DNA from: Gnetum montanum
Taxonomy: Eukaryota; Plantae; Gnetophyta
DNA length: 64,000 bases
NCBI GenBank assembly: GCA_015680685.1
Contig: MNCI01001451.1
Span: forward strand, 613,228 to 677,227
Direction: 5' to 3'
Position numbers and translations under genes: made by a program. Positions 24,780 to 38,259 of this stretch are shown here, one piece after another; position 1 is the stretch's first letter, and each line of letters begins with the position of its first letter. The notes beneath the pieces were generated by a model that was not told the origin of the DNA, made no database searches, and saw nothing but the letters and a program-made list of their open reading frames with translations.

Positions 24780-27700
24780 TATTAAAAATAAACTTCCTGA
24801 TTTCCCAAGTATGCTGATCACAATTTGACCATTAAACAAATACTTCACTAAGAGTTTTATTTCATAACTTCTTGGTTCATTGGTTCTTAATTACAATGGG
24901 TTTAAGTTCAAAGCTATCATTGGATTCCAATGGCAAAGTATTCTAGTCTAGCACATATGGTACATCATTTTCATAAAATTTCTTTAGCAAACTTACATGG
25001 AAAACTGGGTGAATTCTTAAAGTTGCTAGAAAATTTAATCGATATGCAACTTCACCAATTCTTTTAGAAATTTCATAAGGTCCATAATATTTGTATTTCA
25101 ATTTAGTATATTTTCCAAGTTTAAGAGAACTTCTGGTGGGTTTAACTCTTAGTAATACTTGATCTCCCACTTGGAATTCTTTCTTTAGTCAATGTTGATC
25201 TACATAACCCTTATATTTATCTTGGGTAGCTTGTAAATTTTCTTTAACTCTTGAAATAATATTTTCCATCATCTTCATTTCTTCTTCCTTCAATTTTGCT
25301 CATAAGGTTGGATCCTCAAGTTAGGGGTGTATGATAGTTACAGCCATATACTACTTTGAATGGTGTTCAATGTATGGAACCTTGATAATTGTTATTATAG
25401 GAAAATTCTTTTAAATGCAAGTAATTCTTCCATGTTTTTTATCTACTCCCAACATAGCTTTGTAGGATATTTTCTAATATTCTATTCACATGTTCAGTTT
25501 TCCCATAATTCTCAAGATGGTAAGTTATGCTAAATTTTAATTAGGTTCCAAGCTCTTTGAAGAAATTTGGCTAGAATTTGGATATGAAATTGGGACCTCA
25601 ATTTGAGGTGATAGATTTTGGATAACCATGCAATCAAAATACTTCACATATGAATTTTTGGACTACTTATTCTACTATGTTTGTAGATTTCAAAGCTATA
25701 AAATGTGCCATCTTTGATATATGATCAACCACTACCAAAATTGAGTCATTTCCTTTTTTGGTTATTGGCTATCCCACAATGAAATCCATGGTGAAATCTT
25801 TCCATTTGTAGGTTGGGACTTTCAAAGGTTGTAATATCCCACTAGGTTTCCTCTATTCAGCTTTTATTCTTTGGCATTTTGGATAATTTGTAATGTATGA
25901 GGACACATCATTTTTCATTCTTATATATAAGTCTTAATATAACCTAGGTATCCTACATATGGTACTTCATGTACTTCACACAACAACCTTAGTCTCTAAT
26001 TTTTTCTGGTATGCACACTCTTTGTTCTTTTATCAATAAACCATTAGGGGTAAGATTATATCGAGGCAGAGAGGAAATATTGGTTAAAATCTTCTTAAAT
26101 TAAGGATATTCTTTTATTTGTTCCTTAATTTCTTCTTCCATAGGGGTCGTTACCACACCTATCATCAAGTTCCACATTCAACTAAGGGCATTGGATACCA
26201 CATTTTGCTTACCGAGGATATATTTTCTTTCAAAATCATATTCAACCAATAATTCTACCCATTGTATTTGAAGAGTATTCAAAATAGGCTTTCTCTACCA
26301 ATATTCTAAACTTTTATGATTTTTTTTAGTACAAATTTTTTTCTATGAAGATAATGTCTCCACACTTTCAAAGCATGAACAATTGCTAGCAATACTAAAT
26401 CATGGGTTGAGTAATTCACCTCAGCTTCTCATAATTTACGAGATTCATAACATACCACTTTATCTTCTTGTGAAAGAATTGCATTGATTCCTATTCCATA
26501 GGAATCTATAAATACTTCAAATGATAATTCTTCATCTGAAATTCTTAGAATAGGAGCTATTGTGAGTAGCATCTTTAATTTGAAAAAAGCTTCCTTGCAT
26601 TTTTCATCAAACTTAAACACATGTTTTTCCTATAAAAGGTCAATCAATGGGGATATCAAGGTAGAATAATATTTAATGAAATGTCGATAAAAGCTAGCTA
26701 AATCCAAGAAACTATAAACTACTATAGCATCTTTTAATTTATACTAGTCCCAGATCACACTAATGTTTTCTAGATCTACTTGCAATCATTTATTAGAAAC
26801 TATATGGCCCAAGTATGAAACTTCTTTCTTAAAGAGTTTACATTTACTCAATTTAGCTTTTAACTAATGCTCTTTAAGAATTTTCATTTTAATTTTCAAA
26901 TATTTAACATGCTCTTCTCTTAACTTAGAATAAACAGGTATATCATCCATAAATACTATAACTAATCAAAATATTCATGAAAAATATTATTCATTAATGT
27001 CATGAATGTTGCAGGTGAATTAGTTAATCCAAATGGCATCATAAAAAATTTGTATAATCCATACCTAGTTTTGAAAGTAGTTTTATTAATATCTTTCCCC
27101 TTAATCCTTATTTAGTGATAATCTAATTGTAAATCAATCTTTGAAAAATAATATGCACCCATAAGTTGATCAAACAAATCATCGATCCTAGGCAAAGGAT
27201 AAGTATTCTTAATCATCACTTTATTCAATGCCCTATAATTAATGCATAATCTTAATGTATCATCTTTCTTTGTAACGAATAAGATTGGTGCACCCTAAGG
27301 TAATATGCTAGGCCACATTTTTCCTTCTTCCAATAATTGATCTAATTGTATTTTCAATTCTCTTAATTCAGAAGTGGAAAATTTATAAGGAGCTTTTGAA
27401 ATAGGCTGTGTATTGGGAAAATATAAATAGCATGCTCAATAGTTCTTTTTGGAGGCAGTTCTCTAGTTTTACCAAATACTAAATCTTTATATTTCTCAAG
27501 TTCTTTTAGAATCTCAATACCTAGTTCTCTAAGGTTGGGTTACTTTGACAACCAACATCGTAGCATCCTTTTTTACTAATATTTTGGCTTGCTTAATGGT
27601 TATCATATGAATTTACCTTGTTGTTCCTTACCCCCTTAGAACCTTGACTCTATCAGTGGTTGGGACTTTTAAAATACGAGTTCCAAAGTAGACGGTAATA

Positions 27701-27960
27701 TCAAATTTTTTCAGGAAAGACATTCCTAAAATTACATCAACATCACCTAGTTCAAATTCAAAGAATTCATCAATAAAAGACATGTTTTGGAAAGTAAAGT
27801 TAATTTCTCCATACTTGGTATGCTTGCTCATAGTCATTCCATTTGCACATTCTATCTTAATAATTTTCTTGGAAGGTATACTTAAGTTTAATAAATTCAT
27901 TAACTTTGGAAAAATAAAGTTATCATTGGAACCACTATTAATCAAAATTTTAAATTTTTT
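24780..27960 (-). pseudogene. pol: Chromovirus pol: protease, RT, RNase H, integrase and chromodomain
   Basis: PR INSGSNDNFI...DVILGMSFL (27628-27945); RH DSYGIGINAILSQ; INT GDQVLLRVKP...KYYGPYEI...IHPVFHVSLLKK; chromodomain ELKPIVI...V*WSNCDQHTWE (about 24790-24910). Confidence 0.92.
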
Positions 27961-28129
27961 TTACCTTTAATTGAACCTTCAAAAATAAGTAAAGCAAATT
28001 AAAATTTATGCAAACCTAATTTAGTTGATGTAGATATCTTCTTCACAGCTATGGTAGTGGTTGGGATTTTTCTTTTGTTCATGTTTGGATTGGATTTTTG
28101 ATTCTTGGTTTGATTGGTCCTTTGTATCC

Positions 28130-29212
28130 TTGCATATAGTTTTGGACAGTGTCATTTGAAATTATCTTCACCATAAAAAAAGAAACATCCCAACCTTGAT
28201 CGAGACCTTTTGGCTAGTTCTTCTTTTGCCATTGCTTGTGGAATGGGAGTTTGTTGAAGGGTTTTCTATCAAAGGATAGTTTATGCTTGATTTCAATCTT
28301 CAAAATTCTTAGCAATTCTATGTGCTTCATCAACTATTTGAGGATTATTTGCTCGAGTCTAGGAATGCAATTGAGCATGTAGTCCACCAATGAAATTTCA
28401 AGCTAATTCTCCATCATCCGAGTGGTTGACATACTGAGAGAGACTACATAATTTCTTGTAATAATCCTCTACGACTTGTATTCTCAATCTTAAGGAATCA
28501 AATCTCATTTTTCACTCTTTGAGAAAAGAATCAAGTTCAAATTTTTGTCCAAAATCTCAACAAAAGTTAAGCTAGTTTGTAATCAAACCTTAAGATCTCA
28601 TTCCATTCCACCATGTTACTACAAGGCCTCTTAAATATAGGGAGACAACTTCTAAGCACTCTTGACTTGACAAACTCAACATATCAAAGTAATTTTTCAT
28701 TATGTCAAGTTAATATTTTCCCTTGCCACTAGATCTAGGGGCTCCATCATAATGGTCTAATTTAACTTTCTTAACATGAACTTGTGTCAAATATTCTCTA
28801 GGTGAATTAAGCTAGTTCCCATACCCCTCACCTTTGGTTTCTACTCTATGGCCTAAAGGAGGGATTTCAATATCTTGGTGAGTTGCAAGTGGTGGTTGAT
28901 TTTAGTGTAGATCCCTAGGGGAAGTTGATCTTGATCTTGATGTTGATCCCTAGGTTTAATGTCGGTAGGATTTGAAGGTTGATTAAGATAGTTAGTTAAT
29001 TGCTTGATCGAGTTTGTAAAGGAATCCATCTTTCCTTGCATGTCTGACCATTTATCTTTTGAACTCTCAAATAATTTCCTAATTTTCTTTGACATAGTTT
29101 GCATCTCTATCATAAACCCTTTATTTGATTGATGAAGCTGTTCTTCAACATCCCTAATCTCATTAATTTGATCTTCAAGGGCTTTCATCCAGTCATTCAC
29201 TTGAGCCTCCAT
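28130..29212 (-). pseudogene. gag: Chromovirus gag
   Basis: Coiled-coil N-terminus (28853-29212), KVKLDHYDG capsid motif, and a decayed CCHC near 28140-28190. Confidence 0.8.
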
Positions 29213-30277
29213 TTCTCTCTAATTTATTCTTCAGGTCCTAGACATTGGTAAGTTGAAGAAATCAAGTATGTTAGTAATCCTTGACCTCTATGGCCATTTT
29301 ATGAATCTTGAAATAGTTAATCAATTGTAGAAAAGGTTGAAATTATCATGGATTTCTTCTTGAACACTAAATCCTAATTGTTTGATGACCTTAAATAATG
29401 GATTAAAAAGCTAATTGTCTATAATCCAAAAGCTAAATTTAACTATTCCATTACATCCAGAAGGTTCAAATCCATTGGAATCAAGTTTTTTTAGTTGAAA
29501 ACAAACTCCAAATTCAAAAGTTGTGGTCATTTTAAATTTATAGAACTTACATAATTTTTGACTTCCCAAGAGGTCATCCATCCCAATTCTACTCCAGCAC
29601 AAGCATGCTTAATGATAAAGTTTTTATTCCCATTGTTACCAAGGTGCCAATTTGAATTTTTAAAAATATTTTTGCATGTTCTTAATTTAAATTAACTATT
29701 TGATGATAAAATTTTAAATTTTTTGTTAGCTAATGGACATTTTAAAATTTCTATCTATTGACAGAGAATTTTCCCATTTTGCAGTAGTAAGGATGACGAT
29801 AGTAATGGCCATGGTGGTGCATTGGTGGCAAAGTGTGGGGTAGTGTGGTGAGGTCAGGTGATAATAGCAGTTGCTAGGAGGAAGTGTGGTAGCAATGGTG
29901 AGTGTCAACAATGGTGACATGATGGTGATGGTGGCAACATGATGGCTACAACAACAACATTGGTTGCTACAATGTTGGTTAGAGCATTGGTCTTATTGGC
30001 CATAAGCGAGCCAAAGGTCATGCCTTATGTAGGCCTCATGCAGTCCCCACATTGGCCCATGAGGCCCTCAAAGGATCTACATAGCTCCCATAGGGGCCCG
30101 TGTGATCCCAAGCATGGGCCTACAAGCCCCAAAATAAGATTTGCTTACCCTACTCTGGGCTAGCATGGCCTAAGAGTGACCAATGTGGCATGTGTTAAGG
30201 TCTATGTAGCCCTCACACAGGACACGTGACAACAACGCTACATGAGGTTTCTAGGGGTTTTATTCTTTTTTAAGCAT

Positions 30278-30555
30278 AGGAAGAGGTAATGATTGGTAGC
30301 ATTAGAAGGCACTAGGAGAGGTGATGATTAGCAATAAGGAAGGTGATGATCGATGAAAGAAGAGGCGATGAGGTGATGATCAATGGCAAGAGAGGCAATG
30401 ATTGATAGTAGGGGAGGTGATGATCTACAGCATGGAAGATGATGATAGGTAGCATGGAAGGTGATGATCAATGATAGGGGATATGATGATCCATAATATG
30501 GAAGAAAATGATCTATGATAGGGGAGCTAATGATTTGTGATGCTGAAGGTGACTA
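30278..30555. repeat. Degenerate ~22-bp tandem repeat in the chromovirus leader
   Basis: About 12 units resembling ggaaggtgatgatcgatagcat. Confidence 0.75.
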
Positions 30556-31703
30556 GGGATGCATTCGTAGGAAGATGATGTGGAGAAATGATAGTAGTAG
30601 ACTAGCAACATGGTTGGTCATGGTTGGTAGGAGGATCGGTTGTAGCCCTACCAAGGGTTTAGTTTATTATTTTTTAATAAAAATTTTGTTTAGAACATAT
30701 TGGGGCTCAAAATTGAACCCAACCTCTGACTAATTTTTTATTTTTTTTAAATATAAAATTTTAATTTCAATCTTTAAAAATCATTTTTTAATTAAGATAA
30801 CATTAAAAATTAAATTAAAAATTAAAAAAAATAATCTTAAAACTGCATATAAACTAAGAAGAAATGTTGTATCTCCCAAACTATAAGTTAGATTTTGATG
30901 AAATTAGTATGATTGGAATCATCTTGGAGATCTCTATGCATTGAGCTAGAGATAATGTCGTTTTGGTGCATCTTATAACTTCAAAGTAGAATATGATTCA
31001 GTACAGGTTGGAGTTTCATCATCTTTGCATCCAATTCTCAAGGATGCTCTAGAAGTTGTCAAAGATCTAAAATAACTCTTAGGAGAATTGGAGAGTGCAA
31101 CGTGCCTAGTTTGCCATCTAGAGATTCATGAATGGTTCCTTCAAATTGAAAACAATCAATTTCAAGTAAATTATTCTTATTCTTTTTTCTTCCCTTTTTC
31201 TCTTTTTTATTCATAACTCATAATTTTAGTCTTATTTGTGCAAAGGAAAGAGAAGGGATGGCAAAAGGACATGGATGATCGATCAATTTGAATAGAGATG
31301 CTAAAGGCCCAAATTAAGATAGAGGAATCAACAAGGAGTGTGACTAAGTACATCAAACAATTGTGTGATGGATTGGTTAGATGTAAGATAGTGCTTAACA
31401 AGAAATTTGCCATAGATGAAGAAAGGGAAGCACAATTGAAGATAGTCACAAATCTCCTCAACTCATTTGGTTGCAACAAATGATCACTATTATTTTCTTT
31501 ATTCTTTCTCTTTCACATCTTTCCCATTTTTGTATTTTGCTTCTTCTCTTTTTGTATTCTACTTAGATATACACTATTACACAATAATAAAAAATAAAAT
31601 AATATTTTTCTTCCATTTTGGAATTTTTCTTAGATGTACTTGTGTTTTACAATAATAATAAAATAATATTTTTATTCCAATTTGGCTCTTTAATCATATT
31701 TTT

Positions 31704-31714
31704 CTCTGATACCA
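31704..31714 (-). promoter_or_regulatory. PBS, tRNA-iMet
   Basis: Reverse complement TGGTATCAGAG, 2 nt from the LTR. Confidence 0.95.
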
Positions 31715-31716
31715 AA

Positions 31717-32224
31717 TGTAACATCTTGTTCTTAGATGTTGTAAAAACATAATCAACTAATTTATAACATTCATCATCTTATTAAATATTTTAATGGAAA
31801 CATTATAAATACTTAGTAAATGAATTAACTAGTAAATAAATAATTGATACTACTATTATAGGAAAGAAAAATAGAAAAATTTTATTAATAGGAGAGACTA
31901 ATGTAACGTCCTTTGGGTTGTATTCCCATGCCACTTAAGTCTTAGAGACAATCCAACACTACCACCATGGTTAGGCTATCGAACTAAAAGGGTGATCAAT
32001 CCCTTCTTGTCCCACTTCACTTGGCTCTTGTCACTTGCCTTTCCAAGCTTCACAACTCCATGCTAGCATGACATCTAAACCCGACCTTAAATGGCATAGG
32101 TCAAACCCTTTCCTGAGGGATACATCAATAATTGTAACTCATCATAACAAGTTTTCCCTTCATTTGAAGGTTAATTACATTGTTACAATTTGCTTCCACC
32201 TTTAACAAGGGATGAGACATTACA
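31717..32224 (-). repeat. Chromovirus 5' LTR (~508 bp)
   Basis: TGTAAC...ATTACA; homologous to 24058-24560. Confidence 0.93.
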
Positions 32225-32229
32225 ACAAT

Positions 32230-34723
32230 AATGGTGCTTTGGCCATTTTATTTGTTCTAGAAGTAGAAAATGATTATGCTAATTTTTTCTCATAACTAAT
32301 CACCATCGCCTAGTTCTATGATGCTAATAGCATCAGTTATGTTCTTTTCACTTTCTTAGTTGTCATACAATGTCGTATATAGGTCTTCCCTTTCTTTTTA
32401 GATTCACTAAAATTTGGTCATATCACCATTCATGGCATCATGAAGAAATACAACCTCTTATTCAGGTAACTAATTGTTCATTGCATTGGCCTAGTCTACA
32501 AGTTCAACATTTTTTCTATAGCTTACTCAAAGAACTCTTTGCTGCCTTTGAAATCATTAATTTCATCCAAAACCACTTATGGTTGTTTCTTCATGGCCAT
32601 TAATTCATCAGTAACAAATTTGAAACTAGCCTCTTACTTTAAACTATTAGCTAAAGCTCTATTAAGCTCTTTTTTAGCCAATTCTCATTGTAATTCTATA
32701 TTTTCTATTTTCAAAGCTTCTATACAAACTTCCTTTATCAAATGATGCTGAATTTTCAATCTGTCAATTCCCTACTACTAATCCTTAATTGTTTCGTCAT
32801 TAGTTTTGGAATAGTATATAATAACAGCTAATAAGTTTTTTGCTAGTTCATGATGTGTCATGGCCATTTTTTTTATGCTTATTTCTTGATCTATACTTTT
32901 ATATTGGAAGATAATAGACTCTTTAACTCCTAGCCTCTCTAGATGATGTTGTTATTTAAAAATTAGCTTTCCTTTAATAATCTTGACTTTCATTGATTTT
33001 GGCACCCACGCCACCCCCCCCCCCCCCCCCCCCCCCTTTGATGATGTATCAAAATTAACAATCAATTAATGTTAAGGCCTTTTTGAGATTTCAAAGAACT
33101 AGTGCCATTGGTGACTATATTTGAATATGGTAGGTCTTTTACAAGTTGTGACACTTTCTTACTAGAGAGGGATTTTTCTTTATTTCAGGATACTAGGAAA
33201 AGGATTCTAGATCTAAAGCTTCATCAAGTCTATCAATTTTCTAAGAGAATAATTTTCTTTTATTTTATTCAATTGCTCTTGATTGAACCTTTTAGTTAAA
33301 ATGTAATCATCATTTCCAAACTATCTATTGGTCAATAGTTCTTTTCCTGTGCATTGCCCTTCTAGCAGAATGATGGATAGAGTTCTTCTAAGTTCACCCT
33401 CTACTTACTACTAGGTCATATTTACCAATCCATCCTTCAATAAATAATAAATAATTTTAGTTTCATGGTGATCATAGGCCTTTCTAAAATCCTTATTAGG
33501 GTTAAAGAATCTATGCCTTGCCTCTAGAATTATTATCCTTTCAAATTTAGCCCTATGTTAAACATGTGAGGGGCATTCTTAAAATACCAAAAGCTAATTT
33601 GCAATAGAAAAATTTGGCTAGTCATGTAGTAATTTCATAATGTACTATTATGTATGTCCTTTTTCACCTCTATAATTTCTACATATGGAGCCACAAATTG
33701 TAGTAATTTCCTTGGCTTCCCTTCAAATCCTTCTATAATAATCTCTATATAATGGGCATGGAAAAAGATCCCTTCTATAACACTTAGCCCTAATTTCATC
33801 TATCATAACTTTCTTAACCCTTAGTATAATCTTATTTGTTAAAAATTTATACAAGACTTGATAAACAATGTTTAGAAGGAATTTAAGGGTTTGAGCATCC
33901 AAATAATCTTTATGATATATAAAGGGATAAAAATCATTACAAGGCCATCTTTTGTTTATTTGTCTTTCCACAGTATATTAAGAAAAAATGGATCTAAACC
34001 TTTTGGGCTTGGGACTATGGCTAAAACATGGTCCAATAAAAAGGAACTCATGTTAACTTTAGTGTTATTAGCCATGGTTTCTACTATTTTGGCCTATAAT
34101 TGATTATGCATAAAATAAATTGGATGGAAGAGTTTGTTGATTTTAACAATAGCTAAAGCATTCAAACGTTGGGCTAAAACAAAGAAAACATTCGATTCCA
34201 AATAGATATTTAAAGTGACAATAAAAATATGGTAATGGAACCTAAGTTCATTGAAGCTAAAAAACGTATCCTTATATATGAAAAAGATAGTGATGCTTGA
34301 TCTAGCTAGATGCAGTCTTTGTCCATTTTCCAGTATCATATTCTCTACAATTGCCATAGTAATTTTGTTTTGAGTATCTTATTCAAAAATATTGGGAAGA
34401 GGAATGTCATATAATTCAGAGCTTTAGTTGGGACTGATATCTATCATATCTTCTGGCCTCTATTTAAACTTCAAATAGTTCCTACCATATTCTATCTTAG
34501 AGAAAACCAAATTGATAACATCTTGAATTAAATTGGTCCTAGGTCTAAAGCCAATTTTATGCATACCCATATATTGGTGAAAAATTCTTCACTCATACCT
34601 TTGCTAAATGCCTATAGGTGGAACTACTAGAAATAATCATGATTAGTATCATGGTATACAATTGGTTATGGGTTCTCCTAATCTAGTTCCTGAAGCTTCA
34701 AATCTTCCACTACTTTTGCCCAT
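32230..34723 (-). pseudogene. LTR-embedded cargo ORF of element D, 3' LTR copy (continues at about 24057-23700)
   Basis: ATG at 34723; HKIGFRPRTNLIQDVINLVFSKIEYGRNYLKF; WPCNDFYPFIYHKDYLDAQTLKFLLNIVYQVLYKF; coiled-coil C-terminal half. Confidence 0.75.
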
Positions 34724-37089
34724 TTTTTCAATTAAAAAATAGACAAGCCAAGACCTTGAAAACATATCCCACTTTTCTTGGTCTTAGGGCTACATGAGTC
34801 ATTTTATTTTCAAAATATTTGCTAGATTATTATCAGGTTTTCATTTCCTTTCCATTTTATGAAGTTGGGAAATTTATTTTCATCCCATTTGGAAAGTGGG
34901 ATAATGACCATTTATTTTTGTTTCTCATGCAATCCTTTTATTTGTAGAATGGAGGCCAATTTTGATATCTATCATAGGATTCAAAGTTAAATTTTAGCTT
35001 TTTTAGATAGAATTTTTTTGAAGAATTTCTATTTGACCTTTAAAATGGAAAGAATGTGTTTTATCCTAATAGCAAATTGAAAAAAATGGCTATCATTCCA
35101 TTTCAGCCCTAAGACACTAATAGTCTAGGAAATGGGATAAAAAGTACTTTTTTAATTTCAAATAATAGCTTCCTAGACATTTTATCCATTTCAAACTTTA
35201 TGAAATAGAAGCACTAGTAATTAATATAGCTGAACTGACAAAGATGTTCTGTGCTTGGCTTTGAATCATTGCCTTTTTGAAATGGAAAAAATATGAATTG
35301 GACAAATAGTGAAATAGACCAAATGGATTTTATTTCATTTTGGGGATGGAAAAACTAGGTTTTTATTCATTTAGATTATTGTGCTTTGGTTAAACTAGAT
35401 GCATATTTTCTAAACTTGGGTAGTGAAGAGATGGTTTATTTTAGAATAGGGAAAAAGTGACCGTATCTTTTATTTGTTTCTAAATGTTATTTTAGTCCTA
35501 AATTGGAACAAAAGTTTTTTATCCCAACTACAAGATGGAAGAAATTACTATTACCCAAATTTGACCTAAATCTACATTTTGGGCCTAAAGTATACTGCAT
35601 TCATGTCATGGTACATCCTTTGAAATGGGAGGAATTGGTTCCATCCCATTTTTCATAGTAGTTTCTTAGCTAGTTTTTCCATGTTAGGTATTACATCATG
35701 AGCTATGATAATCTAATTTTAGCATAACTCGCAATTTGGGAAAAGTTCTTTTTCTCCATTTGGACTTAAAATGGTAAAAATGAATGGCCAAATTTTGATG
35801 ATGTATCTTTCTGTTGGTGTTGTGCCATGTATCAAGGCTTGATTTCACTCTAAAATGGGTTATATCACTTTTATCTCATTTGTATCATTTAGATATTGGC
35901 CAATTTTTCCATTTCATCATTTACATTTTATACACCACATGGGTTGGGATGGAGAAAATCTCTTTGGCTGATCTTGATTTGAACTTTTCCATTTCTGTGA
36001 TCATTGAAATGGGAGAAATTGATTTTGGCTCATTTCATATACTAGTTTATTGGCCATTTTTCCCATTTGAATTTTTATGATAGAGACATCACATGCTAGC
36101 ATTGAATCTAGGACACATATCTTATGGTCAAATTCAACTTGTAGTAAGTAATATTGGCCATGAGTCTTCATTTATTTGAATTAGGAGAAATTAACTTTGC
36201 CAAATTAGTGAAGTGGGACAAGAATGTTTCTCCCAATTTTGATTTTTTCCTCATAATGCAAATTGGGAGAAATTAACATTACATAATTTCATAAAATTAT
36301 TCAAAACTCTTTTACTTCATTTCAATCTTATTATACATCATATGATCCACACTTATTTTGGAATGAAAAATGGGAAAAATGCAACTTCTCCAAAATATGA
36401 ACTCTCATAATTTGGCATTGATGAATGATGTCATCATAATGTTGATCCAATACCATGCATATTCTTTTTGATAAAATGGGATAATCAAATTCACCTCATT
36501 TAGGAAGTGATAAGGGTTTTTTCTCCATTTCGATTTTTAGGCCATAAAGTCATAGATTTCCCCCTCATACATTTAACACCTAAATTAGAATAAACTTGGT
36601 TTCTTCTACTTCACAAATGGGATAAATGAATTTTATCCCACTTTGATTTTCATGCTAGCCAATTTTAGCTCTTTAACACCTAAATATGAAATTGGCCAAA
36701 TGGAGTTCTTCCCAATTCGCAAGTTTGGATAATTTGGCATTGACGGATTATGTTATCATTCTTCTAGCCAAGTAACTATCACCAAAACTAAATGGGTCTC
36801 TAACCTTGCATGTTGGCTAAATAAAATAAACACTATCAGGCCTACCACATATATTACAAAATTATTATGATCTATTTCTTATACTTAAAATACAATATTT
36901 ATTCCTTACCAATATTTGAACTAAGAACCTCTTTGGAAAGGAACTTCCATCACTACTATGTTGATGCCAATATAACCATTATGAAATAGCCTTTAATACT
37001 TCAACAAGATGGGGTGAACTATATTGCACCATAAACTCTACATTATGTTATTCTTTTCTACTACACATTATGGTAGAAATGTAACAACA

Positions 37090-37116
37090 TTTCTTCTCCC
37101 CTTCCCCTCTTCTTTT
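37090..37116 (-). promoter_or_regulatory. Candidate PPT of element D
   Basis: Reverse complement aaaagaagaggggaaggggagaagaaa followed by TGTTG. Confidence 0.55.
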
Positions 37117-38259
37117 AAGAAAGTAATGCAATGGAACATTAAAAAAACTTTATATACTTTAGAGATATGTACATTAGAAACAAGATAGCCAAATACTTGT
37201 TTTGAGCTAATATAATTACAATAATCCCTAAAGGTCCCATAACAAACTAGCTGCCATACCCACCAAGATAAGGAGGATAGCACACAAAACATTATGCTAA
37301 CTACTTAAATCTTAAATCTTTTTTATTGGAAAAATCACTTTAGACATAAGGTCTAAAGTTCTAAAATCCCATGTTCCATAAATGCAAATGAAAATATATA
37401 TAAATACAACTAATCTAAGAAAAAGGGAGAGAGACTAGCATATCTCAAACGTGTAGTATATAGTGATTACTGTCTTTTTTAGTATTTTTCTTTTCTAATG
37501 GTTTTAAAACTAAAATTTTGTATAGACTCTAGGGCCTTGATTTTTAGCCATAGGTAACTTTCCTAAACCTTCTTCTAGCTCCCTCAATGGCACTTCTTTG
37601 GGGGCCTCCTCTTCCACTAATTCTTCTTCCTAATCTTCTTCAACATGCTCTATGAAGGATGGTGGGGAAATAAATCCTTCTTTTGTTTAACTCACTTTGA
37701 ACTAGTGTTGGGAATATTCTGAACAACAATTGATGAGTTTCCATCAATATTAATGAAATTGAAATCGTGATTTCTTGAATCAGTTATGTTTCTATATTGA
37801 TGATGGCTTCCTAAAGGAAGGACACTTTGATACTTCACGTAACCTTTCCATCTTGAACCAAGAATGCTTATACCTTTAGATAGGAAAAAAATTTCTTAGA
37901 ACAACCAATTGGCATAAGGGTCATTTGGTGATGCGCCAAGCCCTAGCATGTCATGATAGGTTCTATGTACATGTTTGACACAAAAACCAACTAGAAATGG
38001 GATGAAATGTCTCATCTTAAAACCTATTATCTTCCTAAATAATAAGTTTCTTCTAAGTAGAAGTCTACATGATTGGATCATTCTTTACTATTTTTCCTGA
38101 TTTACCTCTAGCTTTATATAGATAAAATTCAATCATTAGTGTCTTGTTTGTATAATCCTATTTTGCCTCTTTTTAGATCATGAATCATTATTGATAATTA
38201 TGCATAATATTTGTAATTAGATATCGTATCTATTGCTTAATTATGACATACTCTGAGTA

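Larger units (their letters stand above)
24058..32224 (-). mobile_element. Complete but degraded chromovirus (Tekay/Del-like Ty3/gypsy)
   Basis: LTRs 24058-24560 and 31717-32224; TSD ACAAC (24053-57) / ACAAT (32225-29); Met PBS; PPT; gag-PR-RT-RH-INT-chromodomain. Confidence 0.95.
23112..37089 (-). mobile_element. 3' LTR of element D (~5.8 kb net; 23112-24057 plus 32230-37089), split by the chromovirus
   Basis: Collinear with 43673-47637 across the insertion; the right end at ...CAACA (37089) is inferred from TGTTG/CAACA termini and an adjacent purine tract. Confidence 0.65.

Noticed and set aside
29726-30163. Short ORFs with signal-peptide-like starts
   Set aside because: Low-complexity leader sequence of the chromovirus with no supporting homology
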